34,357 nucleotides of DNA from a virus (Duplodnaviria > Caudoviricetes): positions 1-34,357 of IMG/VR virus record IMGVR_UViG_3300015370_001122. One strand, 5' to 3'. The notes under the pieces are model-generated. The model was given only the letters and a program-made list of their open reading frames with translations, had not been told where the DNA came from and searched no databases. The position numbers and the translations under genes are program-made. Below are positions 26,464-34,357 of this stretch, piece after piece (within the stretch, counting starts at the first letter, position 1; every line of letters begins with the position of its first letter).

Positions 26464-27553
26464 CGCGGTGGAACTGGCGGTCGACGGCACGATCTATGGC
26501 GGTTGGCAGGAATTTGCGTTCACGCGGCGGATCGACGATTGCGCGGCGCTGATGTCGCTGAAGGTCACCGAGAAATGGGCGGGCATCGAGGCCCGCCGTC
26601 CGGTCCGGCCCGGCGCGGCTTACGCCCTTTCCCTCGGCGGCGTGGAAAAGGCGGTGGGCCATGTCGACGGGCTCGCCGTCGATTACGACCCGGACAATCA
26701 CAGCGTCAATATCGACACGCGCTGCGCGATGGCGGACATCGTCGATTGCGCGGCGGCCGTGGACGGGCCGCACGAGTTCCGCAATCTCACCCTCACCGCC
26801 CTGGCACAAAAGCTCTGCGCGCCCTACGGCCTGACCGTGCGTGCCGAATGCGACACGGGGTCTCCATTCCCGCGCTTTGCCATCCAGCCCGGTGAAACCG
26901 CCTGGGCGGCCATCGAGCGCGCGGCACGGCAACGCGCGGTGCTCGCCTTCGGCGACGGCCGCCGCGAGCTTGTGATCACGCGGGCCGGGCTCTCCGGCGC
27001 GGCGTCCGGTTCAATCCGCCTGGGCGAAAACGCCAAGTCGGCCTCCGGCCGCTTCAGCCATGCCGAACGCTTCAGCCTTGTCGTCGTGCGCAGCCAGCAG
27101 GAGAGCGCCGACGAACTCGACAGCGAGAGCGAGCTGCACCCGGAGGGCCGCGCGAGCGACGAGGCGATGTCGCGATACCGGCCGACGGTGATTGTAGGCG
27201 AGGAACCCGGTCCCGGTCAGACGCTTGCCGACAGGGCTGCATGGCACAGAGCCGTCGCGCGCGGCCGTGGCGCGAGCGTCACTTACGTCATGCAGGGCTG
27301 GCGCGACGAGGGCGGCGCATTCTGGATGCCCAATACGACCGTTCATGTGCGCGACGACTACATGAACATCGACCGCGAACTTCTGATCGTGGCCGTCACA
27401 CACCGGCTCACGGAAAGCACCGGACGGGAAACCGAGCTGGAGGTTGCACCTCGCGAAGCCTACGACCTCTTGCCGGAAGCCCCAGAGAAGAGCGGCGGCG
27501 ATAGTGGCGACAGCGGCGGCGACGCCTACGACGAAAACACGGTCTGGAATTGA
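26456..27553 (+). CDS. Baseplate hub (Mu gpP/gp44-like)
   Basis: VELAVDG..YGGW; DIVDC.A; IQPGETAW.AIER.AR; ERFS; YRP.VI; GWR....FW.PN. Confidence 0.92.
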   Translation: MSDAVELAVDGTIYGGWQEFAFTRRIDDCAALMSLKVTEKWAGIEARRPVRPGAAYALSLGGVEKAVGHVDGLAVDYDPDNHSVNIDTRCAMADIVDCAAAVDGPHEFRNLTLTALAQKLCAPYGLTVRAECDTGSPFPRFAIQPGETAWAAIERAARQRAVLAFGDGRRELVITRAGLSGAASGSIRLGENAKSASGRFSHAERFSLVVVRSQQESADELDSESELHPEGRASDEAMSRYRPTVIVGEEPGPGQTLADRAAWHRAVARGRGASVTYVMQGWRDEGGAFWMPNTTVHVRDDYMNIDRELLIVAVTHRLTESTGRETELEVAPREAYDLLPEAPEKSGGDSGDSGGDAYDENTVWN

Positions 27554-27555
27554 AC

Positions 27556-28107
27556 ATGACAGACCGCACTCTCCGCGATCGCGTAATGCTGATGCTCGCC
27601 AAGGCGCGGGCGCGCCTCTTCGACGATACAGGCGGCTTTCAGCGCGTGCAGATCGAAGTCCTGAAGGGCGAGGTCCGCGACGATGCGGTGCGTTTGCAGG
27701 AGTATGGCTTCAGCTCGCATCCCTTCCCCGGCGCGACGGCTCTTGTTGCCTTCCTCTCCGGTAATCGCTCGCATCCGGTCATCGTTGCGCTTGACGATGC
27801 AGCCCGCCGAAAGCGTGGGCTCCAGCAAGGCGAGGTAATCATCTATGACGATCTCGGTCAGGAGGTGCATCTGACGCGCGACGGCATCTTTATTCGCGGC
27901 GCGGGCAAGCCGGTGACGATCACCAATGCCGAGAAGGTGCGGATGGAAACGCCGCTTCTGGAAGTGACCGGCGAAATCCGCGATCTCTGCGACACCGGTT
28001 CCGGCCAGACCATGAGCGGAATGCGTTCCGTCTACAACGGCCACACGCACCCGGAGAACAATATCGGCAGCACCGACGACCCGAACCAGAAGATGCCTGG
28101 CACATGA
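27556..28107 (+). CDS. Baseplate spike (Mu gp45 / gpV-like)
   Basis: QEYGFSSHP..GA; GEVIIYDD.G; terminal YNGHTH metal-binding motif; alternative TTG start at 27550. Confidence 0.92.
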   Translation: MTDRTLRDRVMLMLAKARARLFDDTGGFQRVQIEVLKGEVRDDAVRLQEYGFSSHPFPGATALVAFLSGNRSHPVIVALDDAARRKRGLQQGEVIIYDDLGQEVHLTRDGIFIRGAGKPVTITNAEKVRMETPLLEVTGEIRDLCDTGSGQTMSGMRSVYNGHTHPENNIGSTDDPNQKMPGT

Positions 28108-28544
28108 TCGCGCTCGAATGGAACGACAAATTTCAGGCGGCAGACCTCGTGAGCACGGGGAACGGGCTCGCGCGCGACGACACGCTCGCAACCGCCATCA
28201 TCGTTTCGCTCTTCACCGATGCGCGAGCCCGTGCCGATGACGCTCTCCCATCCGGTGAGAGCGATCGGCGCGGCTGGGTTGGCGACACTCTCGCGGAGGA
28301 TGGAGACCGCATCGGCTCGCGCCTCTGGCTTCTTCGCCGCGCCAAGCAGACCGAAGAGACCCGCCGCCGCGCGATCGATTATGCGCGCGAAGCCCTCGCA
28401 TGGATCGTCAAGCGCGGAATGGCCCGAACGATCGAGGTCTCCGCGCAATGGATTGCGCCCGGCCGCCTCGCTCTTGCGATTGCCGTCGTCATGCCCGGCG
28501 AGAAAACAGAAACCTATTCTCTCGCCGTTTCGGCAGGTGCCTGA
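28104..28544 (+). CDS. Mu gp46-like baseplate protein
   Basis: LATAIIVSLFTDARA...RRGWVGD...IGSRLWLL.R.K...YAREALAW. Confidence 0.93.
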   Translation: MIALEWNDKFQAADLVSTGNGLARDDTLATAIIVSLFTDARARADDALPSGESDRRGWVGDTLAEDGDRIGSRLWLLRRAKQTEETRRRAIDYAREALAWIVKRGMARTIEVSAQWIAPGRLALAIAVVMPGEKTETYSLAVSAGA

Positions 28545-29605
28545 TGCCTTTGCCGCGCTCCACACCGCCGGAAATTCGCGACCGCATGGCCACCGAGATG
28601 GAGGCCGTTATCAGCGCGAGCGACCCGCGCTCCACGCGAAGTGTCGAAGGCGCTCTCATCCGCGCCTTCGCCCTGGTATCGCATGAGCTGCAAGGCCGGA
28701 TCGAATATGTCTTCCGCCAACGCTTTCCGGATACGGCTGAGGCCGAGTATCTGGAGCGGCACGGCGCGCTCGCCCGGCCGATCGTCACGCGGCGCGCTGC
28801 CATTGCCGCATCAGGTTCAGTCTCCCTGACGGGCGCGCCCGCCACGACTGTTCCCGCTGGGACCGAGCTTCGACGCAGCGACGATGCCCGCTATGTGACG
28901 CTCGCCGATGCGACGATGGACGGCGCGGGCGCCGCGACAGCCGCGCTCACGGCCGTCATCGCGGGCGCGGCGGGTAATACGGCGGCCGCCACCAAACTCA
29001 CCTTCATCTCGCCGGTCGCCGGCATCCAGTCGCAAGCCGTTGTAGCCGCGCCCGGCGTCGCCGGTGGCGCGGATGTCGAAGGGGATGAATCTCTCCGCGC
29101 ACGCATCATCGAGCGATTGCAGGAAGAGGCGGACGGCGGCAACGATGCCGATTGGCGCGGCTGGGTGCAGGAAGTCGTCGGTGCCACGCGCGTGTGGGTC
29201 TATCGGCTTCACATGGGCCCTGGCACCGTCGGTGTGGCTTTCATCATGCCGGACGGTTCCATACCCGACGCACCGACGCTCGAAGCGGTCGAAGCCAATC
29301 TGCTTGTGAAGCGGCCGGTGACGGCGACGCTCTATCTTTTCGCACCCGTTCCCGCCGCCATCGACCTCACAATCGAGGTGTCGCCGGACACGGCCGCCGT
29401 GCGCGCGGCCGTCGAAGCAGAAGCGGCCGACTTCTTCATCCGCGAGGCGGAACCGGGCGGCACGCTTCCGCGCTCGCGGCTTTCCGATGCCATCTCTTCG
29501 GCGACCGGCCAGTATTCGCACAAGTTCGTCGGTGTGCCGGAGGAAATCACGACGGCGGCTGGCTACATCGCGCGGCTCGGCGCAATCACCTGGGCAGCGC
29601 CATGA
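28544..29605 (+). CDS. Baseplate J / Mu gp47-like protein
   Basis: PDTAE.EYLERH; G.AGN; GGAD.E.DE.LRAR; G.GTV.V; RPVTA. Confidence 0.93.
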   Translation: MPLPRSTPPEIRDRMATEMEAVISASDPRSTRSVEGALIRAFALVSHELQGRIEYVFRQRFPDTAEAEYLERHGALARPIVTRRAAIAASGSVSLTGAPATTVPAGTELRRSDDARYVTLADATMDGAGAATAALTAVIAGAAGNTAAATKLTFISPVAGIQSQAVVAAPGVAGGADVEGDESLRARIIERLQEEADGGNDADWRGWVQEVVGATRVWVYRLHMGPGTVGVAFIMPDGSIPDAPTLEAVEANLLVKRPVTATLYLFAPVPAAIDLTIEVSPDTAAVRAAVEAEAADFFIREAEPGGTLPRSRLSDAISSATGQYSHKFVGVPEEITTAAGYIARLGAITWAAP

Positions 29606-30186
29606 ACGCGGCCGACTACAAGGAACTCCTTCTCTCCCTGCTTCCGACGGGCGCCGCCTGGCCGCGCGAGGAAGGAAGCATGCTGCGGGCGCTTCTCGAA
29701 GCGCCGTCGCAGGAGTTTGCGCGCGTGGACGCGCTTCTCGCCCTGCTGGAAGACGAGCTGGACCCGAACACGACCGACATAGCTCTTCCCGATTGGGAAG
29801 AGACCTACGGCCTTCCCGACGCTTGCGCCGGCGATGACCAATCGTTCGAGGCGAGACGAGAGCGCGTCATCCAGAAGGTCACGACGCGCGGCGGACAATC
29901 CATCCCGTTCTTTGTCGGTCTCGCGGCTGCGCTCGGTTATGACGTGACGATTACGGAATTCCTTCCGTTTAGCTGTGAGAGCGACTGCGAGGATACGCTC
30001 TACACAGAGGATTGGGCATATGCCTTCCGCGTGAACGCCCCCGAAGTCACCATCAGAGAAGCAACGGTCGATATGTCCTGCGAAGACCCGCTCCGGTCAT
30101 GGGGCAATGAAGTTCTCGAATGCGCGCTCCGTCGTCGGACGCATTCTCATTCCATCATTCAGTTTGGCTACGGAGAAGAGGCATGA
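29602..30186 (+). CDS. Mu gp48-like (DUF2313/YmfQ) baseplate protein
   Basis: LLP.GAAW; LPDWE..YGLPD; GGQS..FF..LA..LGY; WGN..LEC. Confidence 0.92.
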   Translation: MNAADYKELLLSLLPTGAAWPREEGSMLRALLEAPSQEFARVDALLALLEDELDPNTTDIALPDWEETYGLPDACAGDDQSFEARRERVIQKVTTRGGQSIPFFVGLAAALGYDVTITEFLPFSCESDCEDTLYTEDWAYAFRVNAPEVTIREATVDMSCEDPLRSWGNEVLECALRRRTHSHSIIQFGYGEEA

Positions 30187-31217
30187 GGCGGATAGACACG
30201 GCGACGAAAGCCGTCGACCTTTTCGGGCCGGGCAAGCACGGCTTCAAGGCCGGCAACGTCCTCGCAGGCGAAGCACCGACAAAGCTCGCGGCGGACTGGT
30301 TCAATCACGTCCAGGAGGAAATCGCCCGCCTCATCGAGGAGTTCTTCGGTGTCGAACTGGACGGGGCATCTGTCAATCAGCTCGCGACGCTCTTTGCAGC
30401 CAAGCTTGCGTTGTATGCCACGCTCGAATCTCCGGCCTTCTCCGGCGATCCCACCGCGCCGACGCAGGTGCCGGGGAACAACACAACGCGGATCGCCACC
30501 ACCGAATTCGTCGCTACGGCAATCGCCAATCTCATCGCCTCGTCGCCCGCCGCACTCGACACCTTGAACGAGCTGGCCGCCGCCCTTGGGAACGACCCGA
30601 ACTTCGCAACGACGGTGACGAATGCTCTCGCCGCAAAAGCTCCGCTCGATGGTCCTTCATTCACTGGGGTGGCAACCGTAATTACGCCACCCGTGGGAAA
30701 TAACAGTACACGCATAGCGACGACAGCTTTTGTCGCAGCGGAGCTGGCGTTGATCTCAGCGGCAACGACGGCCGCCGCAGGACTTATCGAGCTGGCCGAC
30801 CAAGGCGAAGCCGAAGCAGGGACGGCGGCCGACAAGGCGATCACGCCGGCGGCGCTTCGGCAGGCGTTTCGCGCCACGGGCACTGCGCCAGTCTATGCGT
30901 GCCGGATGTGGGTGAATGCCAACGGAACAGGGGTGCTCAACATCCGGGCGAGCGGAAATGTATCCTCAATCGATGATAACGGTACCGGCGACTACATAAT
31001 AAATTTCGCCACAGCACTGCCGGATGCAGATTATTGCGTAAGTGGCTTAACGACTGGCGGATCACTTTCGAACCTTTCGAACCATCTCGTCATAGCCGGA
31101 ACGCCTGCTGGTGGTGCAGCCCTCAAAACCGCCACGCAACTCAGGGTTCAGACTGGCGGTACGGCCGTGGCGTCTTTGATCGACAACGCCGAAATCAACG
31201 TCGCAATCTTCCGCTGA
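30183..31217 (+). CDS. Tail fibre protein
   Basis: MRRID...T...ADWFN.VQEEI N-terminus; P2 gpH-type SP.ALDTLNELAAALGNDPNFATT; two GNN.TRIATT.FV repeats; WVN.NGTG...IRASGNVSSI.DNGTGDY C-terminal domain. Confidence 0.9.
   Translation: MRRIDTATKAVDLFGPGKHGFKAGNVLAGEAPTKLAADWFNHVQEEIARLIEEFFGVELDGASVNQLATLFAAKLALYATLESPAFSGDPTAPTQVPGNNTTRIATTEFVATAIANLIASSPAALDTLNELAAALGNDPNFATTVTNALAAKAPLDGPSFTGVATVITPPVGNNSTRIATTAFVAAELALISAATTAAAGLIELADQGEAEAGTAADKAITPAALRQAFRATGTAPVYACRMWVNANGTGVLNIRASGNVSSIDDNGTGDYIINFATALPDADYCVSGLTTGGSLSNLSNHLVIAGTPAGGAALKTATQLRVQTGGTAVASLIDNAEINVAIFR
30450..30734 (+). repeat. Two diverged fibre repeats
   Basis: PTAPTQVPGNNTTRIATTEFV (about 30450-30512) and ATVITPPVGNNSTRIATTAFV (about 30672-30734). 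Confidence 0.75.
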
Positions 31218-31226
31218 GGTAGCACC

Positions 31227-31493
31227 ATGCAAGTTCTCATCTACAGAGACGACGAAGGCCGCATCTGCGTTGTCACGCCCGCGCCGGAATACGCGGATCA
31301 GATTATCGCAGTTGGCGAGAAGGACATCCCGCTCGGCAAGCCGTTCAAACTCATGGACGCATCGCAACTCCCGGTCGATTCGCCGCGCGAGGAATGGGTG
31401 TTCGATGACGCGACGTTCACGGACGGGATCGGCACGAACGTCGTTGACCATGATCCGGCGCCGGGGCAATTCGAGATCATCCTTGAGGAGTAG
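31227..31493 (+). CDS. Probable tail fibre assembly/chaperone protein
   Basis: GAGG RBS; IY....G...V..PA...KDIP.G.PF...D...LP....R..W; directly after the fibre. Confidence 0.65.
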   Translation: MQVLIYRDDEGRICVVTPAPEYADQIIAVGEKDIPLGKPFKLMDASQLPVDSPREEWVFDDATFTDGIGTNVVDHDPAPGQFEIILEE

Positions 31494-31496
31494 CCG

Positions 31497-31889
31497 ATGA
31501 CGATCTCCTCCGCCGTGACGTCTCGCCCAGGAATGTCATCGTTCATCTGCTACGGCCGGGCGGCAATGATCAGTCGAGAAGAGATCATAACGATGCGGGC
31601 CGCTCTCGCGGATGTTCTCGGTGTCGCTCAAGACGAGCTGTTTGCACCTTCGCGGCGCAAGGCACCTACCGCCTTCGCTCGGCATGTCGGCATGTACCTC
31701 ATGCACGAAGCTCTCGGGTTCAGTTACTCGGCCGTTGGCCGGTGCTTCGGACGCGACAGAACAACGTGCAGAGCAAGCGCCGCGATTGTCGAAAACCTGC
31801 GCGATGACGTTTCTTTCGATATCGAGATCGAGAGACTTGAGAATGCTCTGAAGGCGCGCATTCCAGAACTGGAAGGACACGATGACTGA
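31497..31889 (+). CDS. Stand-alone DnaA domain IV (Bac_DnaA_C) HTH protein, GafY-like
   Basis: GAGGAG RBS; ELFAPSRRKAPTAFARHVGMYLMHEALGFSYSAVGRCFGRDRTT...VENLRDD..FD; alternative start 31566. Confidence 0.8.
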   Translation: MTISSAVTSRPGMSSFICYGRAAMISREEIITMRAALADVLGVAQDELFAPSRRKAPTAFARHVGMYLMHEALGFSYSAVGRCFGRDRTTCRASAAIVENLRDDVSFDIEIERLENALKARIPELEGHDD

Positions 31890-32277
31890 CACTCTACCGG
31901 ACGGAAAATCCGTTGCGATCGATGCACCGATCGAGAGGGAAAAAATGAACCTCGTTCATGCGCGCAATTTTGACAACCAGTGGACTTCGCCGGTGCCGAT
32001 GGCGAACAGGCATCAGGCTGTCACATTCGCGGCCGAGGCGCCGGAAGCAATCGCCATTGCTGCCCTGAAGCCCGAAGGAGCGACGCGGCTCGATGTTCAG
32101 TGTCTCTCCGACATGTTCTTTCGCTGGGATGGCGACGTTGTGAAGGTGATGGCGGGCGATGGTTTCACTCTGCCAGCCAAATATATCTGTCAGTTCATGA
32201 ACGAGTCCCTTGACACGCTCGTCTTCGGACCACCTTCCGGCGCGGGCGCGCTGATCGTCCAACTCTATTTTTATTGA
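31882..32277 (+). CDS. Hypothetical beta-rich protein (131 aa)
   Basis: AAGGA RBS; overlaps the previous stop; PEGATRLDVQ...FRWDG; ends in YFY. Confidence 0.65.
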   Translation: MTDTLPDGKSVAIDAPIEREKMNLVHARNFDNQWTSPVPMANRHQAVTFAAEAPEAIAIAALKPEGATRLDVQCLSDMFFRWDGDVVKVMAGDGFTLPAKYICQFMNESLDTLVFGPPSGAGALIVQLYFY

Positions 32278-32338
32278 GCGTCCCCTTGCCGCACTATCCA
32301 CCCTGCAAGCCGGGACTACGGCAGATGTGTACGAACTA

Positions 32339-32461
32339 CCCTTCCGCGCGTATTGCGGGGGGATGGGCGCGCCAACGCCCAGAGCCGCGAGCGCGAACTC
32401 GCATGACCGAACCCGGCCGGTCCTTCGGCCATCCCCGCACCCGCGACACGGGCAGCGGGAG
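32339..32461 (+). promoter_or_regulatory. Multi-hairpin leader upstream of com
   Basis: Five consecutive stem-loops; two have CGC(C/G)AA loops; the last pairs the GGGA before the com ATG. Confidence 0.5.
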
Positions 32462-32463
32462 TC

Positions 32464-32679
32464 ATGCACAGGTACGACGTGGAGTCCATAAAATGCGGCG
32501 GGTGCGCCGCCCTGTTGTTTCGCGCCGCGCACGGCGCTATATCCGGCATTGTCGAGATCAAGTGCCGCCGTTGCGGCACGATCAATTCTTTGAGGCCCGC
32601 GAGGCCCGCACAAGAGCGCCCGGAGCGTCCCAACGAAATGGACGCCTCATGGCCCGCAAAACCTCCAAGTCCAGTCTGA
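32464..32679 (+). CDS. com: Com-family zinc-finger translational regulator
   Basis: IKCGGCAALL...EIKCRRCGTIN...ERPER; overlaps the methylase start; start may be GTG 32479. Confidence 0.88.
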   Translation: MHRYDVESIKCGGCAALLFRAAHGAISGIVEIKCRRCGTINSLRPARPAQERPERPNEMDASWPAKPPSPV

Positions 32680-33461
32680 CGCCTGTAGACCCGCTTCCCG
32701 GCCTCGCGCCGTGGATCGGCGGGAAGACGCTTCTCGCCCGCGAACTCGGCGAGCGAATCGATGCTATCCCACACACTTGCTATGCTGAGCCTTTTGTCGG
32801 AATGGGCGCGGCGTTTTTCGGGCGGAACAAGCGGCCGAAGGTTGAGGTCATCAACGATCTCAACGACGACGTGGTGACCGCCTTCCGCGCCATCCGCGAT
32901 GACGCGCGCGGCGTGCTGAGGGAATTGCGGTTCCGGCCTTTTTCCCGGAGCGAATTCACGCGGCAAGTGGCCATCGATCCTCGTACACTTAACGACGCCC
33001 AAAGGGCAGCACGGTTCATCTACATTCAGCGCACCCGCTTCGGCGGCAACATGCGCGGCTCCACCTTCGCCACGACCGCGACTTCGCGAAAAGCCATCGA
33101 CACTTTCGCTCTGCGTCGTCGGCTCATGGCCGCCAGCCGCCGCCTGTCTTTCGTCAACATCGAACAGTTGCCCTACGCGGAATTCATCCGCAGATACGAC
33201 CGGCCGGGGACGCTGTTCTATCTGGACCCTCCCTATTGGGGGTGCGAGACCTACTACGGCGTCGACATTTTCTCACGCGACGACTTCGCAGAGCTGGCGC
33301 ACATCTGCAAACACCTCAAGGGCCGCTTCGTTATGTCCATCAACGATGTGCCCGAAATCCGGAAGCTCTTCCGGTTCGCCAAAATCGAACGGGTGGCACA
33401 CCAATACTCGTGCTCGCAAAAGGGCCGCTTGCCCGTGCACGAGCTGATCATCTCCGGGTGA
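32649..33461 (+). CDS. D12-class N6-adenine DNA methyltransferase (Dam-like)
   Basis: PWIGGK, YAEPFVGMG, EVINDLN, FYLDPPY, SIND, ELII motifs. Confidence 0.93.
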   Translation: MARKTSKSSLTPVDPLPGLAPWIGGKTLLARELGERIDAIPHTCYAEPFVGMGAAFFGRNKRPKVEVINDLNDDVVTAFRAIRDDARGVLRELRFRPFSRSEFTRQVAIDPRTLNDAQRAARFIYIQRTRFGGNMRGSTFATTATSRKAIDTFALRRRLMAASRRLSFVNIEQLPYAEFIRRYDRPGTLFYLDPPYWGCETYYGVDIFSRDDFAELAHICKHLKGRFVMSINDVPEIRKLFRFAKIERVAHQYSCSQKGRLPVHELIISG

Positions 33462-33474
33462 CCGGCTTCGCTCT

Positions 33475-33510
33475 TTGACATCGTGAATGGGTTAACGCAA
33501 CGGCGCTAGT
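33475..33510 (+). promoter_or_regulatory. Possible promoter for the last two genes
   Basis: Exact TTGACA at 33475-33480 in a 100-bp gap; no clear -10 at canonical spacing. Confidence 0.3.
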
Positions 33511-33560
33511 GCGCGCTGTCGTTTCTTGCCATCATGCCGTCCGGTTTTTTCAAGGGGGCA

Positions 33561-34115
33561 ATGATGCGCGTACTCGTTCTATTGGCGGCAATGACGATCC
33601 TCGCCGGGTGCAGCGAAGCCGAGCCCGGCCGCGATGCGATCATCCAGATGCCGGAAAAGCAGGTGGCTCTCCTACAAGCCGTGGTTGACGGACAGGCCGC
33701 CTACGAAACCTGCCCCAACGAGCTGAAGTGTACTGCCGTCAGAAAAGCCCGGGACAAGGCGGTTGCGGAAGCCATGGGAGACGGCGAGATAGACAGTTGG
33801 ATCGGCCTGCTCAAGAGCATGTCGACCACGGGCGGCGGGACCGCCTATATCTCGGTGGCGATTCCCGGCTACGACGTGACCTTGAGCACCTGGAACAACG
33901 GCCTATCCGACCTTGCGGGCAACACAATGATCCCGTTCGGTTCGCCGCTCTATGAGGTCGTTGCGGAGCTGGAGGAAGGCGATGTGGTGATCGTTTCCGG
34001 GCACATGTTGGCGGAAAGCTCTCTGACCGAGGCAGGCTCGATGGAAGAGCCGGAGTTCACTACCCGTTTCAGCGCGATCCGGCGCGTCACGATGGCGGAT
34101 GCGGTGAAGGAATGA
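33561..34115 (+). CDS. Lipoprotein with possible OB-fold C-terminus
   Basis: AAGGGGG RBS; MMRVLVLLAAMTILAG-C lipobox; LEEGDVVIVSG OB-fold-like motif. Confidence 0.75.
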   Translation: MMRVLVLLAAMTILAGCSEAEPGRDAIIQMPEKQVALLQAVVDGQAAYETCPNELKCTAVRKARDKAVAEAMGDGEIDSWIGLLKSMSTTGGGTAYISVAIPGYDVTLSTWNNGLSDLAGNTMIPFGSPLYEVVAELEEGDVVIVSGHMLAESSLTEAGSMEEPEFTTRFSAIRRVTMADAVKE

Positions 34116-34357
34116 GCCTGGGCGAGATGGACGACGAAACGCTCCTGCACATGCTCTCTTTCGCGGTGGGGAGGCGCAAGCGCGATCTCGTGGAGCTATC
34201 GAAGAAGCATCCGATGGACGACAAGGCCGGAGAGAGGGTCGCAAAGGCGATCCTGGACCACATCCGGCTTTGCGGCTGCGATATCGTCAAGGTCAAGCCG
34301 CCACGGCAGAACTTGCCGCCTTCCGTGAAGCCAAAGGCCGATAGTTCCGGCGATTAG
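34112..34357 (+). CDS. Hypothetical protein (81 aa)
   Basis: AAGGA RBS; ATGA overlap with the lipoprotein gene. Confidence 0.6.
   Translation: MSLGEMDDETLLHMLSFAVGRRKRDLVELSKKHPMDDKAGERVAKAILDHIRLCGCDIVKVKPPRQNLPPSVKPKADSSGD

Larger units (their letters stand above)
1..34357. mobile_element. Mu-like transposable prophage with contractile tail; ends not visible in the window
   Basis: Repressor/ner/MuA/MuB early block, gemA-mor, lysis, head, Mu-type tail and baseplate, and com-methylase in Mu gene order; nearly all genes on + and coupled by ATGA/TGATG overlaps. Confidence 0.96.

Noticed and set aside
31497-31889. Truncated dnaA pseudogene
   Set aside because: Intact ORF with its own RBS and no AAA+ remnant; RDRTT and RDD motifs fit the stand-alone family better than DnaA (RDHTT)
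30183-32277. Diversity-generating retroelement or invertible fibre segment
   Set aside because: No reverse transcriptase, no template/variable repeat pair, no invertase and no flanking inverted repeats seen
32274-32648. 125-aa N-terminal extension of the methylase in the ORF track
   Set aside because: It overlaps the structured leader and com; methylase motifs begin only after ATG 32649
33462-34357. Mu right end (terminal CA with repeated transposase sites)
   Set aside because: No repeated end-type sites shared with the left part of the window could be identified; the ends probably lie outside
1-34357. CRISPR array, tRNA or rRNA genes
   Set aside because: No regularly spaced repeats or cloverleaf/rRNA signatures; the window is almost fully coding

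Overview
The window is almost entirely one transposable (Mu-like) prophage with a contractile tail, in a GC-rich host that is probably alphaproteobacterial (inferred from the gene families). Gene order: divergent repressor and ner, MuA transposase, MuB ATPase, a run of small early genes including DUF3164, gemA and mor-like regulators, a lysis cassette (endolysin, holin candidate, overlapping spanins), a TraR/DksA finger, terminase, portal, gpF, a protease-scaffold-capsid fusion, neck genes, and a Mu-type sheath/tube/tape measure/baseplate/fibre. The right-hand accessory end carries a stand-alone DnaA-domain-IV protein resembling the gene-transfer-agent activator GafY, an unknown beta-rich protein, a structured leader, a com-type gene overlapping a D12-class adenine methylase (in place of Mu mom), and a lipoprotein gene. 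The prophage ends are not evident and probably lie outside the window. Main points of interest: the GafY-like cargo, a Mu-style Com/translation-inhibition switch on a Dam-type methylase, a 21-bp late-promoter dyad present twice, recurring x-E-A candidate maturation sites in head proteins, and a -1 frameshift coupled to the tape-measure start. All family calls come from motif recognition and synteny, not database searches.
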